Source: Clostridiaceae bacterium BRH_c20a (GTDB taxonomy: Bacteria; Bacillota; Peptococcia; Peptococcales; BICA1-8). From it: a stretch of DNA of 64,000 bases. A program made the position numbers and the translations under genes. Location: NCBI GenBank assembly GCA_000961765.1, contig LADT01000016.1:138210-202209 (forward strand), in the 5' to 3' direction. Positions 55,430 through 64,000 of the stretch are shown here, in pieces (the first letter of the stretch is position 1; each line of letters begins with the position of its first letter). The notes beneath the pieces were generated by a model. It was given only the letters and a program-made list of their open reading frames with translations, was not told the DNA's origin and made no database searches.

Positions 55430-57414
55430 TTCTAAATCCAGTGAATAATAGTTCTGAAGTCATTGACCAAAAGCTCTCCGAAGAAATTTTAGCCAAATAC
55501 GACCGGGAATTCGCATTTCGGAGGTTAAAGGGTCCGGTAGCAAAATTTTGCTTTGTACTGGCGGTTGTTTGGTCTCTAGCACAGCTGTACACTGCAGCAT
55601 TTGGAGTTTTCCCTTCGACTTTACAACGGGCTCCCCACGTAGGAGTAGCTTTGGTGTTAATTTTTTTACTTTATCCCGCAAAAAGGGGTAGTGGAGTACC
55701 AAATAATGGAATACCATGGTATGATTACTGTTTTACTTTTTTAGGCTTTGCGGTTTCAGCCTATCACTTAATATTTTATGAAGATTTAGTCCGACGAGCA
55801 GGTTTATACACCCAGACTGATATGATTGCAGGTATTATTGCCGTCCTTTTGGTTATAGAGGCAACGAGAAGAATTGCCGGTCCGGCAATTGTAAGTCTTG
55901 CAGTGTTCTTTCTCCTTTATGCCTACTTTGGTAAATACTTTCCCAGTTTTATGGCCCATCCTGGTTTAAGCATAAAGAGAATAGCTGTTTTTCAATGGAT
56001 AGGTACTGAAGGAATTCTAGGTGTACCAATCGCGGTATCTTCAACTTTTATTTTCCTCTTCATGCTTTTTGCAACATTCTTAAAAAAGACCGGTATTGGT
56101 GATTGGCTTACTAATTTAGCAGTAGGATTAACCGGTGATTCAACGGGTGGTCCGGCAAAAGCTGCAGTTATCGCAAGCGCAACCCAAGGTACAATTTCGG
56201 GAAGCTCTGTTGCTAACACTGTAGGAACAGGATCAGTGACCATACCACTCATGAAAAGTATTGGTTATAGAAAAGAGTTTGCTGGTGCAGTGGAAGCAGC
56301 TGCCTCCACTGGCGGACAATTAATGCCACCTATTATGGGTGCAGCAGCCTTTATTATGACAGAATTCTTAAATATTTCTTATGGTACTATTGCACTTGCC
56401 GCTTGCATACCAGCCCTACTGTATTTTGTGGGAATTTTTACAACTGTCCATTTTGAAGCGGTAAAGACAGGTTTAACTGGTATACCTAAAGAAAGATTAC
56501 CAAATTGGAAACAATTATTAAAACAGAAATGGTTTTTAGCAGCTCCTATTGTGGGTATAATTGTCCTTTTAGTCAAGGGTTTTACCCCTATGCTGGCTGC
56601 ATTTTATGGTATAGTAATATGTTTGGCTGCATCTATGATACTAAAAGAAACCCGTTTATCCTTTTCGGATATTATAAAAACTTTAGAAGAAGGTGCCAGA
56701 GCAGCATTGCCTGTTGTAGCAGCTTGTGCCACAGCTGGGATAATCGTAGGAATAATAACATTAAGTGGCTTGGGGTTGAAGATGGCTGGTGGTATTGTTG
56801 CTTTGGCTGGCGGTAATATTTATCTTACCATGATGTTTACAATGTTTTCCTCAATAATTCTCGGTATGGGTGTACCAACTACAGCTAATTATATTATTCA
56901 GGCAACTGTTTCAGCTCCGGCCTTGATTGCTTTAGATGTACCACCGATTGCAGCTCATCTATTTGTTTTCTATTTTGGTATTGTAGCAGATATAACTCCC
57001 CCCGTTGCTTTAGCGGCATTCGCTGGTTCGGGTATTGCTAACTCAAATCCTTTTAAAACCGGCATTGAAGCATTTAAGTTAGGATTTGCAGCATATCTTG
57101 TTCCATATATATTTGTTTTATCACCAGTTTTAGTTTTGGTTAGACCAGAAGGTATTACAACTATAGTTTTTATAGCCCTTGTAGCTAAGGCAATAATAAC
57201 AGCAGTAATAGGTATGATTGGTATAGGTGGAGCAACAACGGGATATTTCCTTACTAATGGCAAATGGTATGAAAGAATCCTCCTTTTCATTGCAGGAGTG
57301 TCATTGATTAAACCAAGTACAGAAACTGATTTATTAGGATTTGGTTTATTAGTATTTGTTTGGATTATCCAAAAATATCGCCTAAAGCATATGGCGAAAG
57401 GAATTTCTATTTAA
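55408..57414 (+). CDS. TRAP transporter fused 4TM/12TM permease, copy 1
   Basis: 668-aa polytopic protein. 'GTISGSSVANTVGTGSVTIPLMK' and 'STGGQLMPPIMGAAAF'. Confidence 0.88.
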   Translation: MAEKSEIILNPVNNSSEVIDQKLSEEILAKYDREFAFRRLKGPVAKFCFVLAVVWSLAQLYTAAFGVFPSTLQRAPHVGVALVLIFLLYPAKRGSGVPNNGIPWYDYCFTFLGFAVSAYHLIFYEDLVRRAGLYTQTDMIAGIIAVLLVIEATRRIAGPAIVSLAVFFLLYAYFGKYFPSFMAHPGLSIKRIAVFQWIGTEGILGVPIAVSSTFIFLFMLFATFLKKTGIGDWLTNLAVGLTGDSTGGPAKAAVIASATQGTISGSSVANTVGTGSVTIPLMKSIGYRKEFAGAVEAAASTGGQLMPPIMGAAAFIMTEFLNISYGTIALAACIPALLYFVGIFTTVHFEAVKTGLTGIPKERLPNWKQLLKQKWFLAAPIVGIIVLLVKGFTPMLAAFYGIVICLAASMILKETRLSFSDIIKTLEEGARAALPVVAACATAGIIVGIITLSGLGLKMAGGIVALAGGNIYLTMMFTMFSSIILGMGVPTTANYIIQATVSAPALIALDVPPIAAHLFVFYFGIVADITPPVALAAFAGSGIANSNPFKTGIEAFKLGFAAYLVPYIFVLSPVLVLVRPEGITTIVFIALVAKAIITAVIGMIGIGGATTGYFLTNGKWYERILLFIAGVSLIKPSTETDLLGFGLLVFVWIIQKYRLKHMAKGISI

Positions 57415-57415
57415 T

Positions 57416-57453
57416 AAAAAGAAAGCTTGCTAAGCGCTGCAAGCTTTCTTTTT
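57416..57453 (+). terminator. Terminator after TRAP operon 1
   Basis: 15-bp stem aaaaagaaagcttgc / gcaagctttcttttt with an 8-nt loop. Confidence 0.85.
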
Positions 57454-57567
57454 ATTAAAATACATTTTAGACCAGGAAACCAATCAATCTTTTATAATGT
57501 TATTATAATAATTGTGTTAGAATACTAATGTTAGATTTAAACATTAAAAAAAAATTAATTAAATAGT

Positions 57568-57603
57568 TTTTGTAAAATAGAATAATTATTCTATTTTACA
57601 AAA
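57568..57603. promoter_or_regulatory. 36-bp perfect palindrome upstream of TRAP operon 2 (candidate operator)
   Basis: ttttgtaaaatagaataa|ttattctattttacaaaa, with 18-bp arms and no spacer. It lies 79 nt upstream of the second TAXI receptor start. Confidence 0.5.
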
Positions 57604-57681
57604 TTAAATGAAGGTTTTTTTAAACAATTAGAGAATATATATTTGATTAAATATATACATATTTGAAGGGGGTTAATTTTT

Positions 57682-58686
57682 ATGAAAAAGAGAGTTTCCT
57701 TATTTTTAATCATCGCACTAGTTTTAAGCCTTGCACTTGTGGGTTGTGCACCGAAAGAGGAACCAAAGGCAGAAGAAAAAAAACCAGAACCAGCTCCAGC
57801 ACCAGAAAAGGTATTTGTTAATATTGCAACAGGTGGAACTGCTGGAACTTACTTCCCATTAGGTGGAGGAATGGCAGATATTTGGAATAAAAATATTCCT
57901 GGAATGAATGCAACTGCAGAAAGCACAGGTGCATCAGTTGCTAATGTTAATATGCTTCGAGACGGAAAAGTTGAAGTTATTTTTGTACAAAATGATGTTG
58001 CATATTATGCTGCTACAGGTACAGAAATTTTTTCTGGAACTAATAACAATGGAAAATATGATGGTATTAGAGGACTTACTACTCTTTACCCAGAAACAGT
58101 CCAAATTGTTACTTTAGCTAATAAAGGTATTGAAACTTTAGTAGATTTAAAAGGGAAAAAAGTAGCTGTAGGGGCTCCAGGATCTGGTACAGAAGCAAAT
58201 GCTCGGCAGATTTTAGAAGTTGCCGGATTAACTTATGAAGACATAACCGAACAATACTTATCTTTTGCCGAAGCTGCCCAGAATCTAAAAGATGGAAATA
58301 TTGATGCAGCATTTATTACCGCCGGTCATCCGACAGCGGCGGTGCAAGATATTGGTGCCCAAAATGATATTAAAATAGTTTCTATTCCCTCTGATATAGC
58401 GAAAAACCTAATTCAAAAATATCCTTTCTACACACAAGTTACGATTCCAGCAGGGACATACACTAAAATTGCTACTGATTCAGAAACAGTAGCAGTTATG
58501 GCTATGCTTGCTGTTGATGCAAAATTAGATACAGAGCTTGCATACAATCTTTTAAAAACTATGTATGGAAATACTGATCGAATGAAAGCTTCCCATGCAA
58601 ATGGTGCAATGATTACTAAAGATAGCGGTAAAGATGGTATGTCTCTTGATTTACATCCTGGTGCAGAAAAGTTCTTTAACGAATAA
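57682..58686 (+). CDS. TAXI-family TRAP transporter solute receptor (lipoprotein), copy 2
   Basis: Lipobox 'LVGCAP'. 'TGGTAGTYFPLGGGMADIW' and 'LKGKKVAVGAPGSGT'. Confidence 0.85.
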   Translation: MKKRVSLFLIIALVLSLALVGCAPKEEPKAEEKKPEPAPAPEKVFVNIATGGTAGTYFPLGGGMADIWNKNIPGMNATAESTGASVANVNMLRDGKVEVIFVQNDVAYYAATGTEIFSGTNNNGKYDGIRGLTTLYPETVQIVTLANKGIETLVDLKGKKVAVGAPGSGTEANARQILEVAGLTYEDITEQYLSFAEAAQNLKDGNIDAAFITAGHPTAAVQDIGAQNDIKIVSIPSDIAKNLIQKYPFYTQVTIPAGTYTKIATDSETVAVMAMLAVDAKLDTELAYNLLKTMYGNTDRMKASHANGAMITKDSGKDGMSLDLHPGAEKFFNE

Positions 58687-58732
58687 TATTAAATTACACT
58701 AATAATCAATAAGTTTTAGGGAGGTCTGAGCA

Positions 58733-59254
58733 TTGGAGAAATCCAATGCTCACATTTTAATGAAAACAAAAAAAATATTCAAAATTATATTGCTAATCCT
58801 ATTAACGATATTTTTAACATTTGTAGTTTTAAATTTTAAAATAATGCAAACTAAAATACTAGTTATTTATAATGAAGAACAAAATACCGAAGACTTTTTA
58901 ATTATTTCTGATTCGAAATTCAAGCTAAGTTATATTCATTCAGTCCATCATACTCCGGTATATGAATTATTTGAAATTAATCAGGAAAATAAAATAATAC
59001 TTAATGAAACAAGATTTTCTTCTCTAGGTGTTGGCATGCCAACTACTGATGAAGGGGGAACTCTCATTAATAATAATGGAGAATTTGTTTTGAAATTTTC
59101 TAGAGAATTTGATAACATTTACATTAGAGTTTCGTCAATACCCCAGCATGCAATTGAAGTAGGCGATAAAAAATATCCCCTACTTGAATTTGCAGAATCT
59201 GAACAAAGACTAAAAATTTATGCTAAAGATAAATGGATGTTGCTAAGAAAGTGA
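58733..59254 (+). CDS. DUF1850 domain protein, copy 2
   Basis: 'YIHSVHHTPVYELFEI' parallels copy 1. TTG start 8 nt after GGGAGG. Confidence 0.7.
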   Translation: MEKSNAHILMKTKKIFKIILLILLTIFLTFVVLNFKIMQTKILVIYNEEQNTEDFLIISDSKFKLSYIHSVHHTPVYELFEINQENKIILNETRFSSLGVGMPTTDEGGTLINNNGEFVLKFSREFDNIYIRVSSIPQHAIEVGDKKYPLLEFAESEQRLKIYAKDKWMLLRK

Positions 59255-59278
59255 GTTTAAGATCGAGGAGGGGAAAAA

Positions 59279-61216
59279 TTGTCAACAAATCAGCATGAAC
59301 TTGCAGTAAATGATGAGGAAATAATGCGAAAATATGATAAAGAATCTGACTATAGAAATCTAACCGGCTTGACTGCAAAATTTGTATCCGCTCTTGCTAT
59401 TACGTTCACACTTTTTCAATTATATACAGCAATCTTTGGTGTTTTAGATGCAATGATTCAAAGATCAATACACGTATCTTTTGGTTTTGCGCTGATATTT
59501 CTTTTATATCCGGCTAGGAAAAAATGGTCCCGTAATAAAATCCACCCTATTGATTTATTATTTGCAATAATTGGAGCAGCAATACCATTATATATTGTTG
59601 TTTCTTATCAAGAACTTGTATTACGAGCAGGGACAGTAACAACAAATGACTATATTATTGGTATTTTGGGTGTGCTTTTTGTTTTAGAGGCTGCTCGCCG
59701 AATAGTAGGCTGGCCGATAGTAACTGTTGCTGCTTTATTTTTGGCATATGCCATTTTTGGCAGATATATACCTGGTCAATTAGCCCATCGTGGTGTTGAT
59801 TTAGAAAGTTTGGTCTATCACTTATTCTTTACAACTGAAGGTATTTTTGGTATTCCTATAGGAGTTTCCTCAACATTTATATTTCTATTTATTCTTTTTG
59901 GAGCCTTTTTAGAAAAAACCGGTATGGGACAGTTTTTTATTGATATAGCCAATTCTATTGCTGGTTGGGCTTCTGGGGGTCCCGCAAAAGTAGCTGTACT
60001 CTCTAGTGGTTTGATGGGTACTATCTCCGGAAGTTCGGTTGCTAATGTTGTTGGGACAGGTAGTTTTACAATCCCTATGATGAAGAAATTGGGATATAAA
60101 CCGGAATTCGCAGGAGCAGTAGAAGCAACAGCATCAACTGGCGGACAGTTAATGCCTCCGATTATGGGTGCTGCAGCTTTTTTGATGGCTGAATTCACCT
60201 CAATTCCTTATGTTACGATTATTGGTGCCGCACTAATCCCTGCAATATTATATTATTTTGGAGTATGGACAGGAATTCACTTGGAAGCAAAAAAATTAGG
60301 TTTAAAAGGTTTAAAACGGGAAGATCTACCTAAAATTAAAGAGATAATGTTGGAAAGGGGACACCTGTTTTTACCTTTAGCTGCTATAGTTTATCTTTTA
60401 GTGACAGGATATACTCCAATGCGGGCAGCTTTAATTGCCATTGTTCTTTCGATATTAGTTTCAGCGGTTAAGCGTAGCACTCGAATCAGTTTTTTAGATA
60501 TTATCAAAGGTCTTGAACAAGGCGCAAGAGGTGTCTTAGGTGTACTTGCGGCTACAGCTTGTGCGGGTATTATTATAGGGGTTGTAACAAAAACAGGTTT
60601 AGGTCTAAAACTAGGGTCTTCACTGGTAGATTTAGCCGGTGGGAAATTAATCCTTACCTTGTTCTTTACCATGGTAACTTCAATAATTTTAGGTATGGGG
60701 GTACCAACTACTGCCAATTATGTTATTACTTCAACCATTGCCGCACCTGCTTTATTACTTTTAGATGTACCGGTACTTGCTGCCCATATGTTTGTATTCT
60801 ATTTTGGAATAATAGCCGATGTTACCCCGCCGGTTGCTCTAGCAGCATTTGCAGGATCTGGTATTGCCAAATCCAACCCTATGAAAACAGCCTTTGAGGC
60901 CTCAAAGCTGGCAATAGCAGCCTATTTAGTACCTTATATCTTTGTGCTTAGTCCTGCTTTATTATTAATTGACGTAAATTTAGCAGAGATTATTGGTATT
61001 GTTATTACTTCATTAATTGGTATTGTTGCAGTCGGGTCAGCTGTAGCAGGATACCTGGTTACTCATGAGGCATGGTATGAAAGAATCATTTTCTTCTTAA
61101 GCGGTGTAATGCTTATTCAGCCTGGTATATATACAGATATAATTGGGATATCCATAATTACTATTGGTTATATATTGCAAAAAAGAAAAGCTGCAAAATT
61201 AAATCCACAAACCTAG
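59279..61216 (+). CDS. TRAP transporter fused 4TM/12TM permease, copy 2
   Basis: 'GTISGSSVANVVGTGSFTIPMMK' and 'STGGQLMPPIMGAAAF'. Collinear with copy 1. Confidence 0.88.
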   Translation: MSTNQHELAVNDEEIMRKYDKESDYRNLTGLTAKFVSALAITFTLFQLYTAIFGVLDAMIQRSIHVSFGFALIFLLYPARKKWSRNKIHPIDLLFAIIGAAIPLYIVVSYQELVLRAGTVTTNDYIIGILGVLFVLEAARRIVGWPIVTVAALFLAYAIFGRYIPGQLAHRGVDLESLVYHLFFTTEGIFGIPIGVSSTFIFLFILFGAFLEKTGMGQFFIDIANSIAGWASGGPAKVAVLSSGLMGTISGSSVANVVGTGSFTIPMMKKLGYKPEFAGAVEATASTGGQLMPPIMGAAAFLMAEFTSIPYVTIIGAALIPAILYYFGVWTGIHLEAKKLGLKGLKREDLPKIKEIMLERGHLFLPLAAIVYLLVTGYTPMRAALIAIVLSILVSAVKRSTRISFLDIIKGLEQGARGVLGVLAATACAGIIIGVVTKTGLGLKLGSSLVDLAGGKLILTLFFTMVTSIILGMGVPTTANYVITSTIAAPALLLLDVPVLAAHMFVFYFGIIADVTPPVALAAFAGSGIAKSNPMKTAFEASKLAIAAYLVPYIFVLSPALLLIDVNLAEIIGIVITSLIGIVAVGSAVAGYLVTHEAWYERIIFFLSGVMLIQPGIYTDIIGISIITIGYILQKRKAAKLNPQT

Positions 61217-61232
61217 TGTTTGTGGTTTTTTT
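61205..61232 (+). terminator. Terminator after TRAP operon 2
   Basis: ccacaaac / gtttgtgg stem followed by a T7 run. Overlaps the stop codon. Confidence 0.85.
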
Positions 61233-61270
61233 CAAAAAGAAAAATTAATAAATAATATTGGGGTGAGCGT

Positions 61271-62056
61271 GTGAATAAGATACTTACTATTGCAGGATCT
61301 GATTCAAGCGGCGGTGCAGGAATTCAGGCAGATATAAAGACTATAACTATTCTTGGTGAATATGCCTGCAGTGTTCTAACTTCTATTACAGCCCAGAATA
61401 CTATAGGAGTTCAGGGGGTGTTTAATCTTCCCGGAGAATTTATAGCAAAACAGCTGGATTCTGTTCTATCAGATATAGATATTAATGCTGCGAAAACAGG
61501 AATGCTGGCAAATTCTGAAATAATTAAGATAGTTTCCAGTAAAGTTAAAGAATTTAATATTGAAAAACTGGTAGTTGATCCCGTAATGGTAGCAACTAGT
61601 GGAGATATTTTATTAGCAGTTGAAGCAATTAGTAGTCTAAAGGAATCCTTATTACCATTAGCATATGTAGTTACTCCAAATCTATCTGAGGCAGAAGTAC
61701 TTTCAGGTCTAAAAATTAGTAGTATTTCTGATATGAAAAAAGCTGCAAAAATTATTTATGGATATGGACCTAAAAATGTTCTAATTAAAGGCGGGCACCT
61801 AATCGAAGCCGCCGTAGATGTTCTATATAATGGAACTAATTTTGAAGAATTCTCCGCCCAGAGAATAGAAACTAAGAACACCCATGGAACCGGTTGCACA
61901 TTATCTGCTGCTATTGCAACCTTCTTAGGTAAAAATATGAGCATAGAAAAATCAGTGTGGGAAGCAAAGAATTATTTGACACATGCCTTACAGTCAGGAA
62001 AAGAATTGCAAATAGGTAAAGGAAATGGGCCTGTTAATCATTTAATAAGTGGATAG
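61271..62056 (+). CDS. thiD: Hydroxymethylpyrimidine / phosphomethylpyrimidine kinase
   Basis: 'LTIAGSDSSGGAGIQADIKT', 'VVDPVMVATSGD' and 'THGTGCTLSAAIA'. Confidence 0.92.
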   Translation: MNKILTIAGSDSSGGAGIQADIKTITILGEYACSVLTSITAQNTIGVQGVFNLPGEFIAKQLDSVLSDIDINAAKTGMLANSEIIKIVSSKVKEFNIEKLVVDPVMVATSGDILLAVEAISSLKESLLPLAYVVTPNLSEAEVLSGLKISSISDMKKAAKIIYGYGPKNVLIKGGHLIEAAVDVLYNGTNFEEFSAQRIETKNTHGTGCTLSAAIATFLGKNMSIEKSVWEAKNYLTHALQSGKELQIGKGNGPVNHLISG

Positions 62057-62069
62057 GGGAATGTATTTG

Positions 62070-62876
62070 ATGAAAAGCACCTTAGACTTTAAATTACTTG
62101 ATGATATACGTCAAATAAAACCACTGGTTCATCATATTACTAATAATGTAACCATCAATGACTGTGCTAATATAACCCTTTGCTTGGGAGCACTGCCTGT
62201 TATGGCTAATAGTATTGATGAGGTAGAGGAGATTGTAGAAAATGCTGATTCTTTAGTATTGAATATGGGTACTCTTTCCAATGAACAATATAATGCGATT
62301 TTACTAGCAGGAGAAAAGGCAAATCAAAAAAATATACCTATTGTTCTCGACCCAGTAGGTGTAGGAGCTACTACTTCCCGTACGAAAAAAATTCTAGAAT
62401 TGCTGGAAATAATTAAACCCACGGTTATTAAAGGAAATGCTGCTGAAATTAGTATTTTATCAGGTCAATATGGTGTTCTAAAAGGGATTGAGTCTCAAGG
62501 AATTTATAATAATATTATTCCTAGTGCAGAAAAGCTGGCTAATTCATACAATTGTATAGTTGCTGTTACAGGACAAAATGATATCATAACAAATGGTCAA
62601 AGAACCTTTATTATTGAGAACGGTCATTGGTTAATGGGCAAAATAATAGGTACAGGCTGTATGGCTGCAAGTGTTATCGGATGCTTTATGGCAACGGGAA
62701 TAAAAACATTAGAAGCATGTACGTGTGCTTTATCAGCATATGGTATTTCAGCAGAATTAGCTTCTATCAGAGATGATGTAAGAGGGCCTGGTTCTTTTAA
62801 GTCAGCTTTAATGGATGAAGCCTATAATTTACAAGTTGAAACCATAAATCAATTGGCAAGAATAAGGAAGGTTTAA
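62070..62876 (+). CDS. thiM: Hydroxyethylthiazole kinase
   Basis: 'PLVHHITNNVTINDCAN', 'VLDPVGVGAT', 'VIKGNAAEI' and 'GTGCM'. Confidence 0.9.
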   Translation: MKSTLDFKLLDDIRQIKPLVHHITNNVTINDCANITLCLGALPVMANSIDEVEEIVENADSLVLNMGTLSNEQYNAILLAGEKANQKNIPIVLDPVGVGATTSRTKKILELLEIIKPTVIKGNAAEISILSGQYGVLKGIESQGIYNNIIPSAEKLANSYNCIVAVTGQNDIITNGQRTFIIENGHWLMGKIIGTGCMAASVIGCFMATGIKTLEACTCALSAYGISAELASIRDDVRGPGSFKSALMDEAYNLQVETINQLARIRKV

Positions 62877-62877
62877 T

Positions 62878-63885
62878 ATGAATTTAAAGGATATTGGGGA
62901 ATTTGGGTTAATCACTAGATTAGCAGAAAATTGTATTTTTAATAAGAACGAAGTCCTAGTAGGTATCGGAGATGATACTGCGGTATTGCCCTTTGATCAG
63001 GATAATCATCTCTTAGTTTCTTGTGATATGTTAATTGAAAAGATGCACTTTTTAAGGGAAATGAGTTCTCCTTTTCAAATTGGTTATAAGTCTGTTGCTG
63101 TTAATTTTAGTGATATAGCTGCAATGGGAGGATGGCCTACTAGCATCCTAATTTCTATAGGTATTCCCAAGTCTATTTCTTTTGAATATATTGATGAAAT
63201 ATATAAGGGCATGAAAAATATTTGCCAAAAATACAGCGTAAATATTATTGGGGGAGATACGGTAGCAAGTCCTGATGGTATAGTAATTAATGTTACTGTT
63301 TTAGGTAAGGTGAAAAAAACCAATCTGCACCTTAGGTCCCATGCTAAAGTTGGTGATGTAGTTTTTACAACTGGTACATTAGGTAATTCTGCCGCAGGAC
63401 TACAAATAATCAAGAACATCCAACTGGATATCCCTCTAAAAATAAAAGATTATTTACTTCAAAAACATTTGTCCCCTGAACCGTGTTTGGAGGACATTCG
63501 TATCCTAAATAAAATTGGATTGGGTTTGAATGCTCTTAATGATATAAGTGATGGACTTGCTAGTGAAGCATGGGAAATTGCAGATGCAAGCCAAATTGGA
63601 ATTGAGCTTTATAGGGATAAAATTCCTATATCTGAAGAAACACAAATTTTGGGACAAATTTTAAAAACAAGTCCTTTAGATTGGGCATTATATGGTGGTG
63701 AAGACTTTCAACTTATAGGGACTATTGATAAAACCCAGTTTCCATTTTATGCCGAAGAATTTAAAAAAGAAAAAGGAACGGTTTTATTTGAAATAGGAAG
63801 AACAATAGATATTCCAGGTGTATTTCTTATTAATAACGAAGAAAAGGTTTATTTAAATAAGTCAGGATTTGATCATTTCGGCTAA
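62878..63885 (+). CDS. thiL: Thiamine-monophosphate kinase
   Basis: 'GEFGLI', 'IGDDTAVL', 'AVNFSDIAAMGG', 'IIGGDT' and 'LNDISDGLASE'. Confidence 0.9.
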   Translation: MNLKDIGEFGLITRLAENCIFNKNEVLVGIGDDTAVLPFDQDNHLLVSCDMLIEKMHFLREMSSPFQIGYKSVAVNFSDIAAMGGWPTSILISIGIPKSISFEYIDEIYKGMKNICQKYSVNIIGGDTVASPDGIVINVTVLGKVKKTNLHLRSHAKVGDVVFTTGTLGNSAAGLQIIKNIQLDIPLKIKDYLLQKHLSPEPCLEDIRILNKIGLGLNALNDISDGLASEAWEIADASQIGIELYRDKIPISEETQILGQILKTSPLDWALYGGEDFQLIGTIDKTQFPFYAEEFKKEKGTVLFEIGRTIDIPGVFLINNEEKVYLNKSGFDHFG

Positions 63886-64000
63886 GAAAAAAATTTGTAC
63901 TTGTCTATCAACTTGACAAGGGATATTATTAAAAAGGACTTACATTACTTTTTTAAAACCGAGCTTTATAAAATTATGGGGGTGGAGGACTTGGTTGAAA

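Noticed and set aside
61217-61270. TPP (THI-box) riboswitch expected upstream of thiD-thiM-thiL.
   Set aside because: Only 54 nt separate the TRAP terminator and the thiD start. There is no CTGAGA/ACCTGA core and no room for the ~100-nt aptamer.

Overview
This is a 64 kb chromosomal window from a low-G+C Gram-positive anaerobe. The gene content looks Clostridia-like (adhE, kamA, spoVB/murJ-like flippase, yloV/degV, ylqH, TIGR04086 membrane protein); the species cannot be determined from the sequence alone. Most of the window is housekeeping. In order it holds: a haem/sirohaem operon (hemC, cobA-hemD fusion, hemB, a radical-SAM/SPASM AhbD/NirJ-like gene, hemL); cheR; a gamma-carbonic-anhydrase-like protein; a large FtsA/actin-like protein; lytS-lytT-(unknown)-cstA; adhE; a K+ channel; trkA-trkH-fur; yloV-degV; trmL; ahcY; dinG; pssA; lepB-surE; an EF-G paralogue; kamA; two tandem TAXI-TRAP operons; and thiD-thiM-thiL. 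I can fold ten tRNAs by hand (Leu-CAG, Pro-UGG, Cys-GCA, Thr-UGU, Asp-GUC, Glu-UUC, Arg-CCG, Trp-CCA, plus one defective tRNA-like element). The accessory part lies at about 14.2-21.5 kb, between cstA and adhE. It is a tRNA-studded mosaic containing an MNT/HEPN pair with a frameshifted toxin, a degenerate tRNA-like element, an integrase remnant, an AbiEii-type module, a more G+C-rich MerR-RDD gene, interleaved direct and inverted repeat pairs, and a wHTH-SatD-like / DUF3307 gene pair separated by three 30-bp tandem repeats. That last pair is my best candidate for an uncharacterised system. All calls come from reading the ORF translations and sequence by eye. No searches or computations were run, and family names are recollections of motifs.
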